Origin: an uncultured bacterium
Lineage (GTDB): Bacteria > Fermentibacterota > Fermentibacteria > Fermentibacterales > JCC-6
Reading direction: 5' to 3'
Length of the DNA stretch: 64,000 nt
NCBI GenBank assembly: GCA_964604135.1
Contig: CAZRXU010000001.1
Coordinates: 16,535 to 80,534 of the forward strand
The translations under genes were made by a program, and so were the position numbers. The notes beneath the pieces are model-generated. The model ran no database searches and was not told the DNA's origin. It worked only from the letters and a program-made list of their open reading frames with translations. Shown here piece after piece: positions 7,934 to 16,397 of this stretch (positions are counted from its first letter, which is position 1; each line of letters begins with the position of its first letter).

Positions 7934-10129
7934 ATGCCAGGTAATACGAAGAAAAAGCTTGTTATCATAGAATCCCCAGCTAAAGCAAAGAGCTTGAAAA
8001 GCTATCTTGGCAGCGGTTGGGATGTTGTTGCTTCATATGGTCATGTAAGAGATCTGCCCCTCAACCGTCTTGGTGTAAACATCGAAACGCTCGAACCCGT
8101 TTACACGATTCTTCCAAAGAAAAGGGCCGCAGTTGCGAAGCTTAGGAAAACCGCATTAGCGTACAGCGAAATCTATCTTGCAGCGGATCCTGACCGCGAG
8201 GGAGAGGCTATCTGCTGGCACATCTATAAGCTGCTGCAGGGTAAAGGGATTTCTTTCAAGAGAATCAGGTTCAATTCTATAACAAGAGAAGCAGTTCAGG
8301 CGGCTTCCAAAACGGCATCAGATATAGATATGAACTTGGTCGATGCACAGCAGGCGAGAAGAGTGATGGATCGTCTGGTGGGTTACAAAATAAGCCCGTA
8401 TCTGTGGAGAACAGTAGGCAAAGGGCTCAGTGCTGGAAGAGTGCAGACTGTGGCTCTGAGGTTAATAACCGAAAGGGAAACAGCCATAAGAGGCTTTGTC
8501 CCCAGAGAGTTTTGGCCCATAACTGCAGAATTCAAGCAGAACAGCTCTGCATTTCAAACAAAACTGTTCAAAATAGACGGCAAAAAGGCTGACGGCGACA
8601 GGTATTCTCCTAAAAATCGTGAAGAAGCAGACAGTGTTCTCGGTCGAGCTCGCGGTGAGGGTTATTGGAAGATCAGTTCTGTGATAGAGAAGAACAAAGC
8701 AAGAAAACCTGTTCCCCCGTTTATTACAAGCTCTCTTCAGGTTGCAGCATCAGCCAGGTTGTCCATGCCGCCATCGGTTACAATGCGGCTGGCTCAGGAT
8801 CTGTATGAAGGTTTTGAAATCGATGGGGAAACTACCGGTCTTATTACGTACATGAGAACGGATTCAGTGCGAATTGAACCAGCTGCAATTGCAGACTGCC
8901 GCAGTTATGTGGAAAACAAATGGGGTATTAAGGAACTTTCGCCTAAACCAAGACGATACAGAGCCAGCGGTGGAGCCCAGGATGCCCACGAAGCCATAAG
9001 ACCTACAGATGTGAGGCGAACACCCGAAGAGATGGCTGGCATCCTGGATGACAGACACCTTAAACTCTATTCTCTTGTATGGAAAAGGTTTGTGGCTACT
9101 CAGATGGCTGATGCTGTTGTGGCTGAAACCACAGTTCTGGTTTCTGGCCGAGAGCTGTTATTCAGGGCTGCCGGACAGAAGGTTGTCAGCCTGGGATTTG
9201 CGCTGGCAGACCCGGCACAGCTTAAAATAACCGGTAAAATCCCAGAGCTTTCAGAAGGGGCCGTTGAACTTCTGGGAGTAACAGCAGAGCAGAAATTCAC
9301 AAAGCCGCAGCCCAGGTATTCTGAAGCATCATTGGTGTCTGAAATGAAGAAGAAGGCTATAGGAAGGCCTTCTACTTATGTGTCTATTTTATCAACGCTG
9401 AAAAAAAGAACCTATGTAGAAGCCCGGGAAAAGAAACTTTTCCCCACAGAAGTGGGAATGGTTACTGCAGACCTTCTTGTTAAGCTTTTTCCTCATCTGT
9501 TTGATGTTGGTTTCACTGCCACCCTTGAGGAGCTGCTCGATCTTGTGGCTTCAGGAAAAACAAGTTACAACCAGGCTGTAAGGAAACTGTATACTCCACT
9601 TGCTGCATCCCTGGAAGAGGCCATGAGACGCCTTCCCGAGATCAAAGCATCCATGGTAAAGGAAACTGCTGAGAAGTGTCCCCTTTGCGGTAAGGTGCTT
9701 CTAGAGAAGATGGGAAAATACGGCAAATTCTTGGCATGCAGCGGATTCCCATCTTGTCGGTATACACGCCCTGTGGATGAAGATTCCGCATCCACTGTGT
9801 CGGATGTCAAATGTGCAAAGTGCGGTAAAAACATGCTTCTTAGAAACGGCAGATACGGCCGATATCTTGCCTGTTCAGATCCGGCATGCGGGTATACTCA
9901 GCCTGTTCCTGTGGGCGTGAAGTGTCCTGTCCCTGACTGCAGCGGTGAGCTTGTTGAAAGGCGGTCACGCAGGGGTAAGGTGTTTTATTCATGCAGCAGA
10001 TACCCCGACTGCGACTTTGCCATGTGGAACAAGCCTGTGGCAAGGGAGTGTCCCAGGTGTGGATTTCCTCTGCTTGAAGAGAGAAAGAAAGGTGTGTTCT
10101 GTCCCAGTTGCAAGAAGAAGATAGACTGA
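7934..10129 (+). CDS. topA: DNA topoisomerase I (type IA) with C-terminal zinc ribbons
   Basis: Toprim N-terminus KKLVIIESPAKAKSL. Active-site region ITYMRTDS. Several C-terminal C4 zinc-ribbon repeats. The track ORF starts at 7856; the internal ATG at 7934 fits the canonical N-terminus. Confidence 0.93.
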   Translation: MPGNTKKKLVIIESPAKAKSLKSYLGSGWDVVASYGHVRDLPLNRLGVNIETLEPVYTILPKKRAAVAKLRKTALAYSEIYLAADPDREGEAICWHIYKLLQGKGISFKRIRFNSITREAVQAASKTASDIDMNLVDAQQARRVMDRLVGYKISPYLWRTVGKGLSAGRVQTVALRLITERETAIRGFVPREFWPITAEFKQNSSAFQTKLFKIDGKKADGDRYSPKNREEADSVLGRARGEGYWKISSVIEKNKARKPVPPFITSSLQVAASARLSMPPSVTMRLAQDLYEGFEIDGETTGLITYMRTDSVRIEPAAIADCRSYVENKWGIKELSPKPRRYRASGGAQDAHEAIRPTDVRRTPEEMAGILDDRHLKLYSLVWKRFVATQMADAVVAETTVLVSGRELLFRAAGQKVVSLGFALADPAQLKITGKIPELSEGAVELLGVTAEQKFTKPQPRYSEASLVSEMKKKAIGRPSTYVSILSTLKKRTYVEAREKKLFPTEVGMVTADLLVKLFPHLFDVGFTATLEELLDLVASGKTSYNQAVRKLYTPLAASLEEAMRRLPEIKASMVKETAEKCPLCGKVLLEKMGKYGKFLACSGFPSCRYTRPVDEDSASTVSDVKCAKCGKNMLLRNGRYGRYLACSDPACGYTQPVPVGVKCPVPDCSGELVERRSRRGKVFYSCSRYPDCDFAMWNKPVARECPRCGFPLLEERKKGVFCPSCKKKID

Positions 10130-10998
10130 TACTGGAGTCTTTCAGAGATGAACTTTCCTACGGCAGAGGGCTTTCTCCACTCACAGTCAAGGCTTACCTT
10201 ACTCAGATGACGGATTTTGCTGTTACCGGAGGATCCTTCGCAGATGGGTTTGATGTTTCCAGGATGCGGGAGTATCTCATGAGGCGTGCCTCTGCCGGTA
10301 TGTCTCCTGGCAGCATTGCAAGAATGGTGAGCTGTTTTCACACCTTTTCCAGATGGCTTGTGGAGACCGGTCGTTCTGAAGTTGACCACGGTGAGCTGCT
10401 CAGGGCTCCAAGAGTACCCAGAAGGCTTCCAGGGTTTCTGGGCGTCAGTGAGGTTAAAAGCGTTTTGAACGCATATGATGTTTCCACCACAATAGGTGTA
10501 CGCAACAGAGCAGTGGTTGAACTTCTTTACGGTGCGGGTTTGAGGGCAGCCGAAGCTTCATCTCTTATACTTCAGAACACAAGTGTTGCCGCAGGTACTG
10601 TGAAGGTTATGGGAAAAGGCAGAAGAGAAAGAATTGTTCCAATTCCAGTTGGAACATCAGAGTATATTGAGAAATGGATTCATAGAAGAAAAGAATTTAC
10701 AGCTGGTGATGATCCTGGAACTCTTTTCATAAGTGTCAGAGGTCGGAAACTTGACCCCAGAGATATACGGCGTATTGTTTCTGCTGGTGTTAACGGTGCA
10801 GCCAGAGCTGCAGGGGCGACTCCTCACACCTTCAGGCACAGTTTTGCCACACATCTTCTTAACGAGGGAGCAGATATCAGAACGGTTCAGGAACTGCTGG
10901 GGCATGCCGGGATAGGAACAACGCAGATATATACGCATCTTACAACGGAAAAACTAAAAGGTGTTTACATGAAAACACATCCCAGGGGGAAGAAGTGA
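10108..10998 (+). CDS. Tyrosine site-specific recombinase XerC/XerD family
   Basis: N-terminal SAM-like domain. C-terminal catalytic R...HxxR...Y motifs (HTFRHSFATHLL, LLGHAGIGTTQIYTHL). Confidence 0.88.
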   Translation: MQEEDRLILESFRDELSYGRGLSPLTVKAYLTQMTDFAVTGGSFADGFDVSRMREYLMRRASAGMSPGSIARMVSCFHTFSRWLVETGRSEVDHGELLRAPRVPRRLPGFLGVSEVKSVLNAYDVSTTIGVRNRAVVELLYGAGLRAAEASSLILQNTSVAAGTVKVMGKGRRERIVPIPVGTSEYIEKWIHRRKEFTAGDDPGTLFISVRGRKLDPRDIRRIVSAGVNGAARAAGATPHTFRHSFATHLLNEGADIRTVQELLGHAGIGTTQIYTHLTTEKLKGVYMKTHPRGKK

Positions 10999-13940
10999 AT
11001 ATCAGAAGTGCATTTACCGCAGACAGGCTTGTTGCACTGGCTGCAGCCATGGCCGCTTTCATCGTTTATACTGTTACACTGGCGCCATCCGTCAGCTTCT
11101 GGGACAGTGGAGAGTACATTACCTGCTCATGGGTTGCAGGGATTCCACACCCGCCGGGAGTACCCTTCTTTGTTCTCCTGGGAAGAGTAAGCACTTTACT
11201 GTTCAGTTTCATCCCTTCCATCGCGGCAAGGGTTAACCTTATGTGCGCGATTGCGGGAACTGTAACCATTGGTTTGGTGGCGAGGCTGATTCAGAGGTGG
11301 AGCATAAGGCTGGGGTTCGAACCGTGGCTTTACAGGCCGGTCTCCGTTGCAGGAGCACTTATGGCAGCTTTCAGCTACACAGTGTGGAGAAACAACAATG
11401 CAACTGAGACCTACGCCATGGCAGCCCTTCTTTCACTTCTTATTCTGTGGGTTTTTGATCTGTGGATAGAAAGAAGACTGCACGGAAAACCGGCAGGTCG
11501 TCAGCTGCTTCTTACCGGTTACCTGATGACGCTTGCAATCGGCAACCATCTCAGTGCTCTTATAGTCACTCTTCCGATAGTGGCCATGTACGTTCTGTAC
11601 GCCATCAGGAAGAAGGCCTTCGAGTGGAGATCACCAGGGTTTCCTGTGATGTTCCTGGGCCTTATGGTTCTTGCTTTCAGTATTCATCTCTATATGCCTG
11701 TTCGTGCCATACAGAACCCCGAGATTAACGAGACAAACCCCTCTGTATGGACAGAATTCAAGGAAGCTATTGAAAGAAAGCAGTATGGTCAGGTTTCCAT
11801 ATTCAGCAGAAAAGGGCCATTTAAGGATCAGCTTGGCCTGTTCGCCGAGTACCTGTCATGGCAGGTGGGAAGACCGGAAGCATGGACAGATGCATTTGGT
11901 ACTTCTGGCGGTGTGGTCTGGGCATTCCTCTGGATGGGGATGGCCGTTCTTGCAGTTACAGGTCTTGTGGTTATGGGAAAAAGGCGTCCGGATCTTTTGG
12001 TTCTTGTAGGATTGTCTTTTATCATGGCTAGTTTCGCCTTTGTGGTGTATCTGAATTTTAAGACAGGTCCCGAGGGTACATCACTGGGTGAAGTCCGCGA
12101 GAGAGATTACTTTTTCGGAGCATCTTTTATCTTCTTTGCCGTTCTTTCAATGACAGGGCTGGGTTCGTTGTTTGCTTCGGTAAAAAGCAGGTTTGCAAAG
12201 AATGCAGCATGGGCAATGGTTGTTTTTCCCATGATATCTCTGGGAATGAACTGGCATCACTGTGACCGTTCAGGCGATTATGCTGCACGGGATTATGGTA
12301 TCAATCTGCTTCAGTCATGTCCGGAAAATGCCGTGATAATCACCAATGGAGACAACGACACCTTTCCACTGTGGTTTGCCCAGGGGGTGCTTGAAGTTCG
12401 CCGTGATGTGATTATCTCCAACTTAAGCCTTATGAATACAAGGTGGTACGTGAAGCAGCTTGTCGCGAAAGATCCTGATCTTCTCAGCTATTCACAGGAA
12501 ACAATAGACCACATGCAGCCTGTGTTCGTCTGGGGACCCAATTTCTTTCATGTTTCATCGGACGGGTTGCCTGTTACAGGCGAATATGACAGGCAGGTGC
12601 TTGACGATACATTCAATGGCCAATGGCCGTGGGTGTTGAATGACGGCAACACAAGCATTCCTGTGCCATCAATGGGAAGAGGAAACCAGGGTTCAGTTCC
12701 AATGCAGGATCTTCTGCTTATAGACATGCTTAGAAACAGAAGCATTCACGGCAGGGAAGTGATGATCGCCGGAACTGTTTCCGGGGAGAACCGAAGCTAT
12801 GTTGAGAACTACCTTCAGATGCAGGGAATTGCTTTCAGGGTAATGCACGAGCCTGTCCGTGAGTTTGTAAACACCGATCTGGGATGGACCCTTGCAGACA
12901 ACTTACTTACCACAGGCCTTGCCGACCCTTCCGTTTACAAGGATGATCAGGCGGTTCAGATCGCCAGAAACTATGTAAGTGCCTATAATCGTCTCGCATA
13001 TCAGTTCATGGCTGAGGGCAACACGGAAATGGTTGGTGTGTGCCTGGACAGGTCAGAAACTTTGTTTGCGGCAATGCCGGAGGAGTGGCTCAGCATTATG
13101 TACAGCTTCGTTCTACTGAAGGCGAGGTATATTCACGGCAAAGATGGAGCCGACGCTGCAATAGAATATATGCAGCAGGCAACAGCGCACATGGACAGTA
13201 TGGCAGTTGAATACAACAATCCGTCCGCGGCTGCTGCAGCATCTCAGCTGCTGTCTATGTCCAGCGAGTTTGATCAGGAGTCAGCGTTTGACGGAGTAAT
13301 TGATTTCATAAGTGATGGTTCTCCTGCCCAGGAATGGATACGCATAGAGAAATATCTTTCATTCGGAAACTACATTGCCGCCCGGGAACATCTGGAGAAT
13401 CTTCAGACGGATTGGGGTTCGGAATACCAGACAGTTCTCGATCTTATGGGGCAGACGGTTGACCAGTACACCATATACTGCCCTGTGACCACAGGTCTTA
13501 GCATGCTCGACACCGCACTTGCATTCGTTTTCAACCACACCGATCAGGAAAGCTCAGCACTGGAATGGAAACAGGATATAACAGCCGCATCCATAGCAGT
13601 TGAAATGGCTGGGCTTGCCGCCAGAGGAAGTGTTATGGCGGCAGTTTCACTGGGAAGCATTATGGTTCCCCAGATGAAGACAGACAGAGAAGCACAGTTG
13701 ATCACTGATCTGTGTGATAAGTTTGTTTCCAATCCTGATCACGCAAAGGAGATGGCTCTGTGGTTTCTTCTTTCCACCGAAACATTTTCATCGGAAGCAA
13801 GAGCGGTGAGTCTTGCCGACGGCGGCTACGCAGGTCTTGCCTATGCTGTTCTTGTAAACGATCTTGAAATCGGTGAAGAATATGCACTATCCCTGGATAT
13901 AACAGGGAATACCCTGGCTCATCTGCTGGAGGCGCAATGA
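10995..13940 (+). CDS. DUF2723-family (TMEM260-like) polytopic membrane protein, putative GT-C glycosyltransferase, with large C-terminal helical-repeat region
   Basis: 981 aa. N-terminal LAPSVSFWDSGEYITCSWVAGIPHPPGVPFFVLLGRV matches the DUF2723 signature. ~10 TM helices followed by ~500 aa of soluble helical repeats. Confidence 0.7.
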   Translation: MNIRSAFTADRLVALAAAMAAFIVYTVTLAPSVSFWDSGEYITCSWVAGIPHPPGVPFFVLLGRVSTLLFSFIPSIAARVNLMCAIAGTVTIGLVARLIQRWSIRLGFEPWLYRPVSVAGALMAAFSYTVWRNNNATETYAMAALLSLLILWVFDLWIERRLHGKPAGRQLLLTGYLMTLAIGNHLSALIVTLPIVAMYVLYAIRKKAFEWRSPGFPVMFLGLMVLAFSIHLYMPVRAIQNPEINETNPSVWTEFKEAIERKQYGQVSIFSRKGPFKDQLGLFAEYLSWQVGRPEAWTDAFGTSGGVVWAFLWMGMAVLAVTGLVVMGKRRPDLLVLVGLSFIMASFAFVVYLNFKTGPEGTSLGEVRERDYFFGASFIFFAVLSMTGLGSLFASVKSRFAKNAAWAMVVFPMISLGMNWHHCDRSGDYAARDYGINLLQSCPENAVIITNGDNDTFPLWFAQGVLEVRRDVIISNLSLMNTRWYVKQLVAKDPDLLSYSQETIDHMQPVFVWGPNFFHVSSDGLPVTGEYDRQVLDDTFNGQWPWVLNDGNTSIPVPSMGRGNQGSVPMQDLLLIDMLRNRSIHGREVMIAGTVSGENRSYVENYLQMQGIAFRVMHEPVREFVNTDLGWTLADNLLTTGLADPSVYKDDQAVQIARNYVSAYNRLAYQFMAEGNTEMVGVCLDRSETLFAAMPEEWLSIMYSFVLLKARYIHGKDGADAAIEYMQQATAHMDSMAVEYNNPSAAAAASQLLSMSSEFDQESAFDGVIDFISDGSPAQEWIRIEKYLSFGNYIAAREHLENLQTDWGSEYQTVLDLMGQTVDQYTIYCPVTTGLSMLDTALAFVFNHTDQESSALEWKQDITAASIAVEMAGLAARGSVMAAVSLGSIMVPQMKTDREAQLITDLCDKFVSNPDHAKEMALWFLLSTETFSSEARAVSLADGGYAGLAYAVLVNDLEIGEEYALSLDITGNTLAHLLEAQ

Positions 13941-14485
13941 ACATTAAATCAACCACGGTTATCGGTATTGTAAGGAACGGTAAAGCTGCAATGGCGGCTG
14001 ATGGTCAGGTTACACTTGGTGATACCATTATGAAGATGAGTGCCCGAAAACTGAGAAAACTCAGTGGGGGAACCGTTCTCGTTGGTTTTTCCGGTGCGGG
14101 AGCAGACGCTTTTGCGCTTGTGGAAAGGCTGGAAGAGAAACTTGAAGCTTTTCGCGGTAATCTTCCAAGGGCGTCAATGGAGCTTGCACGGGAGTGGAGA
14201 GCCGACAAGTATCTCCGGGAACTCAACGCTATGATTGCAGCTGTAGACAGCCATCATGCCCTTGTAATAGGGGGTTCCGGAGAGGTGGTTGAGTCACCTG
14301 ACGGCATAGTTTCGGTTGGTTCAGGGTCTCCCTACGCAATTGCTGCCGCAAGATCTCTTGTTAAGCACACCAGAATGGGCCCTCTGAAAATAGCAAGAGA
14401 AGCAATTGTGATAGCAAGCGAAATCTGTATTTACACTGGTGGCGCGATCATGTCGGAGGAAATATGCAAACCCGGAAAATCATGA
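13937..14485 (+). CDS. hslV: ATP-dependent protease subunit HslV
   Basis: N-terminal TTVIGIVRNGKAAMAADGQVTLG places the Thr nucleophile after Met as in HslV. Length 182 aa. Confidence 0.92.
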   Translation: MNIKSTTVIGIVRNGKAAMAADGQVTLGDTIMKMSARKLRKLSGGTVLVGFSGAGADAFALVERLEEKLEAFRGNLPRASMELAREWRADKYLRELNAMIAAVDSHHALVIGGSGEVVESPDGIVSVGSGSPYAIAAARSLVKHTRMGPLKIAREAIVIASEICIYTGGAIMSEEICKPGKS

Positions 14486-15783
14486 CACCTGCGGAAACTG
14501 TTGCCTGGCTCAACAGGTTTGTTATCGGTCAGGACAAAGCGAAAAGAACAGTCGCGATCGCTTTACGGAACAGATACAGAAGGAAGCTTGTTGAAGAACC
14601 CATGCAGTCGGAAATTTACCCGAGTAACCTGATAATGATGGGCCCAACAGGGGTAGGTAAAACAGAAATTGCCAGAAGAATGGCAAGTCTTGTGGGAGCA
14701 CCTTTCGTTAAGGTTGAAGCAACAAAGTACACGGAAACTGGTTACGTTGGCAGAGATGTTGAAGGAATAATACGCGATCTTGTGCGTTCTGCAGTCAACC
14801 TTGCCACCGGTAAGGCCAGGGAGGAGAAAAAGACTGAAGCCGAGGCAAGGGTAGAGAAGAAACTGCTGGATGCCCTTTCAAGAACCGGTATTGAGTTTGG
14901 TTCTACCGCAGAACTCGAGGGTCTTTTAAAGAATGGCAGACTGGATGATGTTGAGATAGAGCTTACAATCACAGAAAAAGCCATCGGTGTTGAGGTGTTC
15001 CCCATGATACCCGGTCAGGGATTTGACAGCCAGATAAACGACCAGATGAAAAACATGCTTGACAAGGTTATTGGAAAGCGCAGGAAGAAGATCACACTGA
15101 GTGTAGCCGATGCCAGGAACAAACTGTTCGATGACGAAATAGCCAGAATCCTTGACGGAGGCGATCACATTCAGGAAGGGCTTCGTCTAGCACAGGAAGA
15201 GGGTATTGTTTTTGTTGATGAGATCGACAAAATAATTGGTTCGGAAGGCGGAAGCGGGCCTGATGTGTCTAGGATGGGTGTTCAGAGGGACCTTCTTCCC
15301 CTGGTTGAGGGATGCACGGTTTCAACCAGATATGGTCCTGTAAAAACAGATCATATCCTGTTTATAGCAGCGGGAGCTTTTCATGGAAGCAGCCCGGCAG
15401 ACTTGATCCCGGAGCTTCAGGGAAGATTTCCACTGCGGGTTTCACTGGATCCACTTTCAGAGGAAGACCTTTTTCGTATTCTTACAGAACCGGAGGGCTG
15501 TATTCTTGATCAGTACACCAGGCTGCTTGAGGCGGACGATTTGAAACTTGTGGTGGAAGAGCAGGCAAAGAAAAACATAGCTGCAACTGCAAGGTATCTG
15601 AATGAAGAAAAGGAAGACATCGGGGCCAGGAGACTTCGCTCGGTTCTTTCATTTCTGTTCGATGAGTATCTTTTCGGCGCGCCGGATCTCATTCGGGGCA
15701 GAGTCAGGCTCACAGGAAAGAAGGCGAAGGGCAGGCTGGCGGTACTGGTTGAAAGAAAAGACGAAGAGGGTTATATTCTTTAG
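14482..15783 (+). CDS. hslU: ATP-dependent protease ATPase subunit HslU
   Basis: MTPAETVAWLNRFVIGQDKAK N-terminus. Walker A GPTGVGKTEIARR. Intermediate I-domain. ATGA overlap with the hslV stop. The track's upstream ATG at 14464 is an alternative start. Confidence 0.92.
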   Translation: MTPAETVAWLNRFVIGQDKAKRTVAIALRNRYRRKLVEEPMQSEIYPSNLIMMGPTGVGKTEIARRMASLVGAPFVKVEATKYTETGYVGRDVEGIIRDLVRSAVNLATGKAREEKKTEAEARVEKKLLDALSRTGIEFGSTAELEGLLKNGRLDDVEIELTITEKAIGVEVFPMIPGQGFDSQINDQMKNMLDKVIGKRRKKITLSVADARNKLFDDEIARILDGGDHIQEGLRLAQEEGIVFVDEIDKIIGSEGGSGPDVSRMGVQRDLLPLVEGCTVSTRYGPVKTDHILFIAAGAFHGSSPADLIPELQGRFPLRVSLDPLSEEDLFRILTEPEGCILDQYTRLLEADDLKLVVEEQAKKNIAATARYLNEEKEDIGARRLRSVLSFLFDEYLFGAPDLIRGRVRLTGKKAKGRLAVLVERKDEEGYIL

Positions 15784-15818
15784 GATTACTGCGGGTTGCT
15801 TTACGAATAGGGGGAGGG

Positions 15819-16397
15819 ATGCACAGGTCAGGTAATGAGGTTGCATACAAAATAGTCTACTACGGTCCCGGTCTTTCCGGGAAGACTACCAATCTCAGGG
15901 GTATACGCGACATCATCGCTCCTGAAAACAGAGGAAGGCTTGTAACTCTTTGCACCAGGTGCGAGAGAACAGTGTTTTTCGACTTTCTTCCTGTTAATTT
16001 CGCCAGGATCGGAGACATGAAGGTTAAGCTCCATCTGTATTCTGTACCCGGTCAGGCGTACTATGCTCTCAGCAGAAGGGTAATCCTCGATGGTATAGAC
16101 GGGGTGGTTTTCGTTGCCGACAGCCAGAAAGAGAGGGCGGAGGCGAATATCAGCACAATAGATGACCTGGAGCACAACCTGAAAAGCTACGGCCTCGACA
16201 TGTCCATGATTCCCATGGTTCTGCAGTTTAACAAGCGCGACCTTCCCGGTATAATGTCTACCGCCAGAATGAATGAAGAATTAAACAGATTCCAGTGGCC
16301 CACTGTAGAGTCGGTTGCCATTGGCGGAAGTGGTCCTGCGGAAACCCTCAAGATTATTGCTACCCAGATGGCCAAGCGCCATGCACGCACAGGCTGA
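15819..16397 (+). CDS. mglA: MglA-family Ras-like small GTPase (paralog 2)
   Basis: YYGPGLSGKTTN P-loop. RTVFFDFLPV switch I. SVPGQ switch II. NKRD motif. ~45% identical to paralog 1 by eye. Confidence 0.88.
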   Translation: MHRSGNEVAYKIVYYGPGLSGKTTNLRGIRDIIAPENRGRLVTLCTRCERTVFFDFLPVNFARIGDMKVKLHLYSVPGQAYYALSRRVILDGIDGVVFVADSQKERAEANISTIDDLEHNLKSYGLDMSMIPMVLQFNKRDLPGIMSTARMNEELNRFQWPTVESVAIGGSGPAETLKIIATQMAKRHARTG

